64,000 nt of DNA, from positions 166,757 to 230,756 of the forward strand of contig NIVC01001758.1 of the NCBI GenBank assembly GCA_002269645.1, in the 5' to 3' direction. This document shows, piece after piece, positions 24,201 to 36,000 of the stretch; the stretch's first letter is position 1, and each line of letters begins with the position of its first letter. Made by a program: the position numbers and the translations under genes. The notes under the pieces were generated by a model. That model ran no database searches. It saw nothing but the letters and a program-made list of their open reading frames with translations, and had not been told where the DNA came from. The stretch comes from Macrostomum lignano. Its lineage: Eukaryota.

Positions 24201-27200
24201 TTTGTTTTTAAATAACCCCTGAATTAAACATCTCTCTCTGCCAAATAGGAATTGGAAACTGAGCAGTTCTTTTCGTTCTTCCTACCCACTCTGGAGGCGA
24301 AAGGCTACGATGGAATTTTCTCGCCGAAATCGCGCGCTAGAACCATGGAAGCTCGGCTGCGGCCGCATGTTGACGGCTGCGCAATCTTCTGGAAAAGCAA
24401 CGAGTGAGTCGCTTGGGAATGTGGTAATATTAGAGACATTGTTATTTCCAGCTTCTATGGCCTTGGAGAATCCGGCGTCCATGACCTTGGAGAATTCAGC
24501 GTCTGTGACCAGGGGAATCCATGCAGTGTCTATGACCTTGGAGAATTCATCGTCTGTGACCAGGGGAATCCATGCAGTGTCTATGACCTTGGAGAATCCA
24601 GGGTCTGTGACCAGGGGAATCCATGCAGTGTCTATGACCTTGGAGAATCCAGGGTCTGTGACCAGGGGAAACCATGCAGTGTCTATGACCTTGGAGAATT
24701 CATGAATTCATCGTCTGTGACCAGGGGAATCCAGTGTTTATGACTTCTGTGTGAAACTTCAGCCTTAATGAACTATTACAGTAAAATGATCAGATATCTA
24801 CAATACAAGATCTGTCGGACACTAAGACCATAAATACGTCCTATTAGTTTCCAATGACCCAGCAAAACATCCCCACCTCATTCAGATTCAGTCTAGTGGA
24901 AAAGCAAGTGATCGAGCTCAACCAGCAGTACCTTGAGCAGTGCTGGACTAGTCCAAAGCCTTCAGCGGATACAGCGGCCTCCTCCGAGATCTTCAGTCGA
25001 GTCTCGCCGCGCGACAACATCGCCCTGGCTGCGGTGCTGATGCCGACTGTCGGGGCTTCGAAATCATCAGACAATTCAACGAGCAGCCGGCCGGTGCTGG
25101 TCTGCAATTCGCACGTGCACTGGGACCCGCAGCACCCGGACGTGAAGCTGATTCAGACTATGCTGCTGGCCGGGGCTCTGGCCGCCATTATTGGACGACA
25201 CAAAAACTGCCTGCCGTTGCTGCTCTGCGGCGATTTCAACTCGCTGCCGCAGTCAGGTAAGACGACATTCATATGCGCACGGCCTACTTAAAGTAGGGGA
25301 ATTTGGTGCATTGTTTCTTGGAAAATACGTGAGGGCTTGCTTGTGGTCAGGTGGTGTTTAGAGCGTCGCTTGGCTTAGGCTTGAGGCTTGTGGTGAGAAC
25401 GTCGGACTCACGACTTGAAGGTCGGGGGTTCGATTCCTGATCCCACTGGAACAATTTGAGTCCTTGAGCAAGACACTTAACTCTGCATTGCATCAGCTCA
25501 CCCAGCTGTAGAATGGGTGCCAGCATTAGCTGGGGTAATTGAGGGTGCGTGTGGCGACCCCCCAGTCCTTGGACTGAACAGCCGTACGCAGCCTTCAGAT
25601 GCGCCGCGCAATAGCTGCGGCTGAGCTGTCGGTTGCACATCTGGCCATTAGGGCAGGTGAAATCGACTAATATTGTTAGAACAAACAAAAAATTATATGC
25701 TAGTTTCAGTATGGGAAAACTTTTTAAGTTTACAATTTTTGAAGTTTTTAAGCTCCAGAGGTTGAAAAAGTAGTTTTTGTTTTAAAATCTGTTTAAAAAT
25801 GTAGCTTGTAGTTTACTTTTATAAAAAAAGTCAGCCTTTTAAACATTTACACAGTGGTTCTTTGCTATCAAAATCTTGGTCGTCAAGTAGATCCTGGCTC
25901 AGCTATAAGCTTTTCACGAACATCAGATAAGGGAGTAAAAATCAGAAGCCAAGGGCTACAGCTTGTAACTGTTCTGAGATTCTGAGACCGCTCTCATCCT
26001 GTGTTTTTACCGCGGTTCTGAGCTGGTATCCTATCACGACAGGGTCCACTCGTTCTACCGGGTGGCTAAGTATGCTAACCGCAGCCAAATCTGCTTAACC
26101 TGCCTAAGTCGGTGACGGCCGGCTCTTTCAATCTGCACACGCTTTCAAGTTATTTTGTCGAAAAACTTGCGCCAAGACGCTCATCTCTAGTCGAGACCAG
26201 TTTATTTACAATCTTTAAAGACCAGGTGCTCCTTTCAAGCAGCGTTCCATAAACAGATTATTTCCATTTTTAGCACCTGTTTTCGAAACAAGAAAACTAT
26301 CCAATTAAATAAAACAAATAAGCTACAGACTGAGTGAAGGAGCTTGTTATCCTTCGCATCGAAAATTTGTTTATTATGCGAATCTGTGTGGATCAGTAAA
26401 AGGCTTTCTGGGTACTTTTGAGGGTAGTTTATAATCTCCGTAGTGAAAAACATTTTGTCGTGTTATTTTGCTTATTTTTAAAAGCTCTATCCAAACGATT
26501 TTCTGTATTCGGCTTATATTAGTGTTAAATAACGGGATGACAATAATTTACTGAGTACTAGCTGTTGTACACTGTGCTCACACAGATGTAATCCCAGTTG
26601 ATGCAGTTGGGCATCGAACAGAAATTAATCTGTACACCAATCGCGCCCATGTATTTTGCAACAGTTAATCCGGACTTTTCTCTTCATAGAAATTTCCCAA
26701 TCGAAACCCCACACCCGAACCCCAGGTGTCATCGAGTTCATCACCTTGGGCTCCGTGCCGCGCAGTCACCCGGACTTTCGTCGGCTGGGCGAAGATCCCT
26801 CGCTAGATGGCCTTCAGGACGCGGCCGTTGCTGCTGCCACCGCCGCCACCCCTGCCGCCCCGGGATCGACGGAAGCAACAAATTCTGAAGCTTCCTCTGT
26901 TGCTGCTCCAGACGGGAAGGACAAACGGTTTTTCCATCAGCTGGGCCTGCAGTCCTGCTACAGCGGAGTGGACACCGCATTCACAAACTACACGTGAGAG
27001 CGAACAGGATTTCTAATAGCTGTTATTTCTACTTTTCAACAATCAAATACTTGAAGTAAAATGATCGATTTTAGCATCAAAACTTAGCATTATAAAGAGG
27101 GCCAACCCCAAGGCACAGTAAAGTGTACATGCCTAACGATAAATAAAGTGAGGGCTGCTGTACACTCCTTTGTGAGTGTGTGCCTGTGCGTATGACTGCG

Positions 27201-27608
27201 TACGTACGTATACGCTTGTGTGCCTGCTCAGATAAGTCGGTGGAATGGGCAGTAATGCCTCTCGCCGGTTGTGTGACAATGTCGCTTAAAGTGCACGAGA
27301 GTGCACACAGGCTCCTGGCTCTAATGAAAGGTTACTTTTGCCCGAGATTCATACTTTTCTATTGTCATTGCAGACATGACTTCAAAGGCGTCATAGACTA
27401 CATATTCGCGGCCAGGCAGCATTTCCGAGTGCTTGACTGCCTGGACGGCCTGGCTGACTGGTTCCGCTCAGAAGCGGTGCTCGGCTGTCCAAACGCGTAC
27501 GTGCCGTCTGATCACATCCCTCTCATGGTTCGGCTGCAGCTCACGCGACAGCGAGCTCTGACCACCACAGCAACAACAAAGGATTCAGCGGCATCGAGTA
27601 CTTCCTAA
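17329..27608 (+). CDS. CNOT6: CCR4/CNOT6-type EEP deadenylase; exons 17329-17917 (tentative), 23656-23879, 24249-24403, 24886-25256, 26726-26993, 27374-27608; 613 aa if exon 1 is right
   Basis: Motifs SYNIL, YCPDWALAWSYR, LQE, FSPKSRART, VDGCAIF, NSHVHWDP, GDFNSLP, TNYTHDFKGVIDYIF and PSDH are all intact. Every junction is GT-AG and phase-consistent (total 1842 nt). The five EEP exons are high confidence. The link to the 17329 exon rests on a phase-1 GTGAGT donor at 17918 matching the phase-1 acceptor at 23655. Confidence 0.85.
18270..19125. repeat. 16-bp minisatellite (ATGAAGTGTCGGAGAT), ~54 copies
   Basis: Read directly; accounts for the 304-aa ORF 18219-19133. Confidence 0.97.
21159..21246. 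repeat. (GA)44 microsatellite
   Basis: Read directly. Confidence 0.98.
22322..22825. repeat. Pentamer-based satellite (TTGTC/TTGGT variants)
   Basis: Read directly; accounts for ORFs 22321-22885. Confidence 0.95.
23900..24110. repeat. 25-bp minisatellite (CGACAGTCCCTCCCGGGTCTTCTCC)
   Basis: About 8 copies starting ~20 nt after the donor at 23880. Confidence 0.92.
24465..24735. repeat. 51-bp minisatellite (TCTGTGACCAGGGGAATCCATGCAGTGTCTATGACCTTGGAGAATCCAGCG), ~5 copies
   Basis: Read directly. Confidence 0.92.
25380..25680 (+). mobile_element. tRNA-derived SINE with a Nin/Deu-like central core
   Basis: A-box-like GGCTTGTGGTGAG, B-box GGTTCGATTCC, then CCTTGAGCAAGACACTTAACTC...CACCCAGCTGTAGAATGGGT, which resembles the conserved core of Nin/Deu-domain SINEs (recalled, not aligned). 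Confidence 0.7.
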
Positions 27609-27756
27609 ACACAAATAGAATTTTATTTAATTTGCGCCAAGTTGTTTCCTCTGTTTTCCATAATTTGTTCTTGTTTTTGTTTTGCTTGACTGGGCACCCA
27701 CATGAGCACTGCTGGTAGATCTTAATTTTTTTTGTCTATCAAGTTGAGAATCCTTT

Positions 27757-28625
27757 TTCCTACCCACTCTGGAGGCGAAAAGCTACGATGGAATTTTCTC
27801 GCCGAAATCACGCGCCAGAACCATGGAAGCCCGGCTGCGGCCATGTGTTGACGGGTGCGCAATCTTCAGGAAAAGCAATGAGTGAGTCGCTTGGGAATGT
27901 GGTATCATTAGAGACATTGTTATTTCCAGCTTCTATGACCCTGAATAATCCAGCTTCTATCACATTTGGAGAATTGAGCGTCCATGACCAGGGGAATCTA
28001 TGCATTGTCTATGACCTTGGAGAATCCAGCGTCTGTGACCAGGGGAATCCATGCAGTGTCTATGACCTTGGAGAATCCAGCGTCTGTGACCAGGGGAATC
28101 CATGCAGTGTCTATGACCTTGGAGAATCCAGCGTCTGTGACCAGGGGAATCCATGCAGTGTCTATGACCTTGGAGAATTCATCGTCTGTGACCAGGGGAA
28201 TCCATGCAGTGTCTATGACCTTGGAGAATCCAGCGTCTGTGACCAGGGAATCTATGCAGTGTCTATGACCTTGGGGAATCCAGCGTCTGTGACCAGGGGA
28301 ATCCATGCAGTGTCTATGACCTTGGAAAATCCAGGGTCTGTGACCAGGGGAAACCATGCAGTTTCTATGACCTTGGAGAATCCAGCGTCTGTGACCAGGG
28401 GAATCCATGCAGTGTTTATGACCTTGGAGAATCCAGCGTCTGTGACCAGGGGAATCTATGCAGTGTCTATGACCTTGGAGAATCCAGGGTCTGTGACCAG
28501 GGGAATCCATGCAGTGTCTTTGACCTTGGAGAATCCAGCGTCTGTGACCAAGGGAATCCATGCAGTGTCTATGACCTTGGAGAATCCAGCGTCTGTGACC
28601 AGGGGAATCCATCCAGGGGAATCCA
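27757..28625 (+). pseudogene. Partial duplication of CNOT6 exon 3 plus downstream intron, with an expanded 51-bp array (~13 copies, 27980-28625)
   Basis: 27757-27881 closely copies 24279-24403 (FLPTLEAKSYDGIFSPKSRARTMEARLRPCVDGCAIFRKSNE) including the GTGAGT donor and intron sequence. Confidence 0.92.
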
Positions 28626-29573
28626 ACTGACTGTATCAGCAGAACTGCTCACCACCATAGACAAAACAAATTCAAGCAATTGGATAATTCCATAAAGACT
28701 GTAAAATAGTATTGAAGCCGAGTCAATGTTGTCACAATTTTACTTATTGATGGCTCAAAATCAAGTTTTTTGCACAAAACACAACGGAAAATACCCACCT
28801 TGCCAATGCATTTCAAATCTCTAATGTTACTTGAGCACTTTTCAGTTGTCCTTGGTCTCACCACATCCATACCAATTGTGAATGCAGTCTGTTCCCCCAT
28901 TTCTCTCTCACATCATGCTTATAGGCCAAGATTTGCCACAAATCAGCTCTTTTAATGACCATTTATTCAGGTTAAGCCATGGCTGTTTAATGAATGTTTT
29001 CTTTGTTTAACTTACTGGTTTTAATACATTCCCTAGTACTGCTATTCCTAATCTTAAATTCTTAATTTATGCTATTGAATAAGTGTTGGTTTAATACTAC
29101 TCACGAGTAGCAAAGCTTGCACATTTTTTGTGCGTAAAAAAATAAAACGCACACAAGAACCGTTTTTTGGGTTAAAACATAAGAGCTAATTTTGATGGCT
29201 TAGGAGTATATCGAGCAGCGGGTATATTGTATAAATGTGCTTTGAAAAAGTCGCTGAAAATTTTAATATCAAGTGAAAACAGTGAGACTCCCATTCTGGA
29301 ATTCGATGTCAGGAAGCAGAAGATGCGAAATAAAGCATGCTCAAAACAATCGAATGTAATGATACAAATATAATCGATTAATTATGCAATCAAAATCTAG
29401 TAAATACTACTCACACCAAAGCTGCAGTAGGTAGAAATACGAGTTTTAGTATTATTCTTGAAATCTATTGCTAGACGAAAAGATGTCAGGATCAAAAGAA
29501 GATCGGTTATTATTAAACACTTAAAAAGTATTTTGCTCAGTTTATTTGATTTAATCATCCCGAAAATTTGCCG

Positions 29574-31095
29574 TCAGATTTCGTAGTTCCGAAACTTGCT
29601 TAACAACGAGCCCGCCGGGACCGCGTCCTTGGACTGCGTGCTGCGCCAGTAGGCCGCCACATCGTCCACAGTGTGCACTAGCAATGGGGGATTGGGGGGA
29701 GTTGAAGGGAAAGAACATTAACATCATTTTCGTTTCTGTCACCCCACGTCTGCTCGGGAACTCCCAGGTCAGAGTGACTGGCACCCCACATCTGCTCGGG
29801 AACTCCCAGGTCAGAGTGACTGGCACCCCACATCTGCTCGGGAACTCCCAGGTCAGAGTGACTGGCACCCCACGTCTGCTCGGGAACTCCCAGGTCAGAG
29901 TGACTGGCACCCCACATCTGCTCGGGAACTCCCAGGTCAGAGTGACTGGCACCCCACATCTGCTCGGGAACTCCCAGGTCAGAGTGACTGGCACCCCACA
30001 TCTGCTCGGGAACTCCCAGGTCAGAGTGACTGGCACCCCACATCTGCTCGGGAACTCCCAGGTCAAAGTGACTGGCACCCCACGTCTGCTCGGGAACTCC
30101 CAGGTCAGAGTGACTACCACCCCACATCTGCTCGGGAACTCCCAGGTCAGAGTGACTATCACCCCACATCTGCTCGGGAACTCCCAGGTCAGAGTGACTG
30201 GCACCCCACGTCTGCTCGTGAACTCCCAGGTCAGAGTGACTATCACCCCACATCTGCTCGGGAACTCCCAGGTCAGAGTGACTATCACCCCACATCTGCT
30301 CGGGAACTCCCAGGTCAAAGTGACTATCACCCCACATCTGCTCGGGAACTCCCAGGTCAGAGTGACTATCAACCCACATCTGCTCGGGAACTCCCAGGTC
30401 AGAGTGACTGGCACCCCACGTCTGCTCGGGAACTCCCAGGTCAGAGTGACTATCACCCCACATCTGCTCGGGAACTCCCACATCAGAGTCCATGGACACC
30501 AGGCGCCATGAAAGATTAAAAGGCAGACGACGCTGCCTCCTTGAAGAAAAAGTTCACAACTGCATGACTCACCATTACCAGATTGCTGACCGCCAGAATC
30601 AGTGTGAGCAGCCTCGGGTGAATCAACCATGGGTGTCCGATCCACAGTGGTGGCCCAATGCAAACTGGTGTGCATCTTTAAATGCTTCCATTGGTCAAAG
30701 GTTACACCCATAATTTTACCGGAATTGTACCATTGATCGTAGAGCTTGCGCTCCTGTGGATCCGTGAGCACATTTTTCGCCACAGACAATAACTTGAACT
30801 GCTCGGCTAATATTTGAATTCGAGAAGCAATCGGTATAGTATATAAACTTAGTATATAAACTTAATGAATTAATATCCATAAGGAATAAATTCAGATGTA
30901 TACTCACACTCGGTGGCACTGTCAGTTTTGTCTGGATGAAGTTGGAGGGCTTTAGCCCTGTACTCGGCTATGATTTGTTCTGTCTGAAAAAATTGAAAAG
31001 TTGCTAACACACAAGTGATAAATTATTTAATACAATTTAGTAGGGCTTACTGTCGATGAAGAAACCACTCCTAAAACAGCATATAAATCTTCCAT
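29574..31095 (-). CDS. DNAJC12: DnaJ homolog subfamily C member 12 (JDP1); exons 31095-31051, 30983-30908, 30806-30573, 29677-29574; 152 aa
   Basis: MEDLYAVLGVVSSST|TEQIIAEYRAKALQLHPDKTDSATES|EQFKLLSVAKNVLTDPQERKLYDQW...TSLHWA...|...SLLSKFRNYEI*: J-domain HPD motif and the DNAJC12 C-terminal KFRNYEI signature. Phases consistent (459 nt). Confidence 0.93.
29735..30485. repeat. 42-bp minisatellite (CCCCACATCTGCTCGGGAACTCCCAGGTCAGAGTGACTGGCA), ~18 copies, DNAJC12 intron 3
   Basis: Read directly. Confidence 0.96.
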
Positions 31096-32138
31096 TTCAG
31101 AATGAGCTGAAAAATGATTATCAATATCAAGTTTTTAGAAATTTAGTCAAAAAACAAATAGCAACAATTTAAATTGTACAACAGAATTTACTGTATTATA
31201 CAACTATTAGATGGGCCTTTACGTTTTAATGTGTATAGCATAAATTATAAAAATCTTTTTTCTACAATGTAATTAATGCAATTTCAAAGCAAAAGTGTAC
31301 AATAGCGCACAGGATTGCTTTGCTAGATGTTTATTGGGTACAGTATTACCAGTAAATACTAATCTTCTGATCAGTAAAAATGGAGCTATTATAAATATAC
31401 TTAAATTCTTCTTATATTATAAGTTTTTTACTTAGTGCCTCTAAATGGAAAAGTTAGAGATATCAGTTAACGTTAATAGCATTATCAAACTACAATAGAA
31501 TAAGCAAATAAATTCAAACAAATAAGGGTCTGAGCAGCCAGTCAAATCAGTTAGTATGAAATCTAGCTGTGGAAAATCATAAGTGGAAACGTCTTATTTC
31601 ATTAGTAGCAAGCTCAAAATCGATAACTAATATTTACTTAGATCTAATAAAAAGCAACAAAAACATTGCCTATAAATAATAATACTATCATTCATTCAAA
31701 TCATTTAAACCTTTTAACCCTTAAGCAGAGGACATTGCATTGGACTTGTCTCAATGAAGTAATATAAAGTAATAATAGATCGTTCAATAGGAATATCTAA
31801 GTATGACACGATAAAAGCACAGCAGAGAATTTAAAATTACAAGCAATAATCGAAGGGTGCATCTACTTATTTAAAATAAAAGTAAACGGATTCTGTGAAT
31901 GAGAAACGAGTGAGATAGAACAACATGATGTAGTACTTGTTCTAGGAAAAATAGTCTCTCAAAATTACAAATACACGAAAAAGAAGAAGAAATATGCTTC
32001 TTAATTTTATTTAGACGCAATATAAAGTTATATTTTATTACCTTTTTACTAATTTTTTACCAGTTTACAGCATATATAACAATGATAGATGGATATTTTT
32101 GTTTAATGTATTTGAACATTTTAAATAACGAACTCTTT

Positions 32139-32519
32139 GGGTCTCCCTAAAACACGCCCCGCACCGCCCTGCAGCGCTACACATTAAAACAAATTGGACT
32201 ATAACTGAAGACACTAAAAAATGCGTTTTCTGTTAAGCTTCAAAGCTTTTATTAAATTTAGTTTTTTTTTATTTGAAATATAAAATTCAGTGAATAATAA
32301 GTGATATTAATAATAATATTAATAAAGTAATAATAATATAACTTAATAATCAAAACGAGAATATAAAAAATAATAACAATATTTATATTAATAATTAAAG
32401 ATATTTATTCCATTACTCTTACAACAAATAGTTTTCCTTGCAATCAAATACTGCATTGACAAAAAATGTTATAATGTGTAGCGGTTCGGGGCGGTGCGGT
32501 GCGTATTTTAGGGAGACCC
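32139..32519. mobile_element. 381-bp MITE with ~47-bp TIRs and perfect 8-bp TSD
   Basis: TIR GGGTCTCCCTAAAA(C/T)ACGC...CGCTACACATT at both ends; TSD AACTCTTT at 32131-32138 and 32520-32527. GG termini with an 8-bp TSD fit Merlin better than hAT or P (inference). Confidence 0.92.
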
Positions 32520-33061
32520 AACTCTTTAAAGTTTTTTATAAAACACGCTTAACGCGCACGCATCCGCGCCATTAATAAGTGTTCTTTTAATTGGTTGTGG
32601 CTATTGTCGACTGTCGTTTGTATTGAGACAACTTATTCATTCTATTATTGTGCATTTTATTTGGCACGGTCAATTAGCCCATAAAAATTATTGTAGACAT
32701 GTAAATTGTCTTAGACCTAGTTTAACTAACCTTAACCTTATAAGTTAAATAATTTAAATTATTTAACTAAGTTATACATCGAATTCTGCAACGTAATATT
32801 GATAGCATTACTATTATTCTAAATTTCATTTAGTCCTAAAGTTTGCGTTCAAAAAAAGCCAAACTTAATTCTGTCTCAACATCTAGGCCTATATTCAGTC
32901 AAGAATAGGCCTAATCCTTTCTTTTAGCTAGGCCTGTACTAAACTAAAGTTAAGTTCCATTCTAGGCCTATCCCCTATCTCTAGTCTAAACCAATTTAAA
33001 ATAGGCTTTTGTTTTGGTTTTATAAATCTGTGTTTAAATTAAATTGATAGATTTTTCAAAG

Positions 33062-36000
33062 ATGCAATCAGTTGATAGTGAACCAGATAAAAACCAAACT
33101 ACTAAGGCAAAAGAAGGCATTGAAGTTGAAATACCAAAAAGACCTGCTGAAGATGTGTTACCATCTACTGAAAGTAAGAAATTTTTTATTTATTTGCATT
33201 CTTAAGCTATATTAAACATTTAGTATCTGTGTCTATGTTTTAGCCTTGTTAAGATTATATATTATAAAAGATAAAGATCAATATAATGTGCTCAATTGAT
33301 ATTTGGATAATAATTAAGGATAAATTAATGATAAATTAATCATTTGCATTTGCATCCTTTGTAGTTTGAGTAATAAATAATTTTAGCAATGTTTGGCACC
33401 TAGCCCTAGGATTGAATCTTTGCATAGAAATTTTGGAGCAAAAAGTTGCATTTTTTTCTACAAATATTTTACCGGGCTTAAATTTTATGTGCCGGTTCCC
33501 CGACAGATATTCTCCCAATAGATATTTTTTCTTCAAACAGATAATTCTAATAAAAAATGAATTCATGTTTCAGGTAGTGTTCTGTCGTAAAGAGGGTCTA
33601 TATATTATAGCCATAGCTATAGTATAAGCAAAACTATGGCTTATTCCAATTCTCCATATTCCGTATTACCAATATTATCAGGGACCCCAATAATATCATA
33701 TTCCTATAGTTCCCATAGCCATAGCCATAGTTTTAACAAAAAGTCTAGAAAACAAAATATTTTGAATCAAGAAGATAACCTAGTGCTTAATCAACTGCAA
33801 ATTAAGTTAAAAAATAAAAGGAACACTGGATTGCCTTTGTAAGATTATATTTCCTCTTTTTAGAGCAACAATACTTAATCATTACTGAAAGTACTAATGC
33901 TGAATTTTTTCACATTAATAAAAATTAGAGTTTGCTAGTGTTTTAGTGTACTTTTTTAAGTATATTTTAAAAGTTTCTAAGTTGATAATACAGTTTACTA
34001 AAAGTATCTTTGTTTTACTCTACCTGTTTCTAATGTTTTTTTTCAATTTTTTAACATTAATAACTATGGCTATGGAAATCTACGGAGTTTGACAACAACT
34101 ACCATATTCTGTAGTCGTAGCTGTAAGAGCAGCTAGCTACCATAGGCGTATCTGTAGCTGCAATAGGCACCTATTTTACCATATTTGCCATAGGATCCTG
34201 TAGCTGTAGCTATGGCTATGGTGGAACATTAGTACATTCTTTACTCTGATGCCATATTCAGCTTTAAAAATTTGTAAGCAGAAATTTTCTGTCCTAAAGA
34301 AAAAAACATTGGGCAAAGATCAACCAAAACTTTGATTTATTGCTGCATCTCAATGCTTCAATCATTTGCTCTGAAACTTTTATCAATTCTTGACGCATGT
34401 CTCAGCTTTGCAATGACATCCTAGACACATGATTGCCTTTTGTATTTCCTGAGATATTTGTTTCCAAAATGTGTTTTTAAGGGGTGCCAATGAATTTATC
34501 TTTTGACATACTTTGCATTCATGCCAATGTTTTTTCCTTTGGGACAGAAAAAATCTGCTTACAAATTTTTAAAGCTAAATATAGTGTCAGAGTAAAGAAT
34601 ATATCCCAAAACATGAATTCATTTTTTGTTTGAATTATCTTTTTGAAGGAAAAAATATCTGTCAGCAGAATATCTATTGGGGAACCTGCAAATTAAATTT
34701 TGCTAGTTTTTGATATTTGAATTTTAAAAGCATTTTTTATAGGTTTTTCTATATAGTTTTATAAATACCTGAATAGAAATTTTATAATTTTATTAGTTGT
34801 TAGTCAATATCTTAATTTAAATATCATCTATTCAATTTTTACCTTAATACTTAATTTTGATAACTTTATTAAATGCCAATAATTTGTAGAAGGCAATATT
34901 GAACAAATATAAATATATCATTAAAGGATTTTTTAACTTTTCTTAATTTTTAAGGCAAAGAAAAATTTAATTTGAAACCTTTAACGAACTAAAAAAGAAA
35001 AAAAATTAATTAGGGCCTAATTGCACTAATATTTAAAAATTAATTTTCCAATTATTATAGGCAATTTTTTTGTCCTGGCTAATATTAATATTAGTATTAT
35101 CATTTTTAGTAGTATAACAGCCTATTAGTTTACAAATAATGCATTTTCATATTTCATCCCTTAGCTTAGATGTATTTAATCAGCCATTATTATAGACAGT
35201 TTCTAGCATAGCATGAGAAAAAGGAATATCTAGTATGGTTTAGACCTTGGTTGCAATAATGCAAGCTGCCAAAAAAGTAAAACTTTTAGTTTTGCTGTTT
35301 ATTTATACATTGTTCACTAAATTCTTTGTTATTAGTTAAGTACTAGTATAATATATTTATACTATTATAGAAATTGTATAATCAAGTGGTAATCAGTGAT
35401 TAACAATGCCATTATTGTGCAATGTGCAGCATGATAATTGATCTAAAAAATTGATACAAAATAGAATCATTATTATAATGATAGTTATTAAATTATTTTT
35501 TATAAATTCAATAAATGTTTTTTTAAAATACTTTTTGACCTAAAACTAAAGTATTTGTTATTACTTTTTATAAGAGTATGCAAATATTTCATTTATAATT
35601 ATTAGTTTCTAATATTCCCTATGCCCAAAAGGTATTGCTAACAGTATTGGAGTATCAGACTATTGGAATTCTATCTATCACTGCATATTTGTGACAGATG
35701 TTCAATGGCAAAATTATGTTTTGGTGACAAATATGGAAAATTCAATGAGTGCTTGTTTTATTGATACAATATATTTTTTATTATCAGATAGAAAATCATA
35801 TCTATAGTTTTTATTTTAATTTTTATTAAAAGTTTTCGGTTTGTTGGTACAATTTAATGACAATAAACATGTTTTAATTTTGATGCTTTATTTATTTACT
35901 TATGTAACTTTAATACCATGAACTAAACAGCACTTTTCTTTATTACAAAATAGGCAAGCGTCCAAGACTGACTAATGGGGACAACAAAGACAATGGCAAC

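Noticed and set aside
24285-27881. Mutually exclusive exon pair
   Set aside because: The copy lies beyond the terminal exon and has no in-frame acceptor.
29551-30789. 412-aa ORF as a single protein
   Set aside because: Chimera of DNAJC12 exon 3 read through into the 42-bp intronic array.
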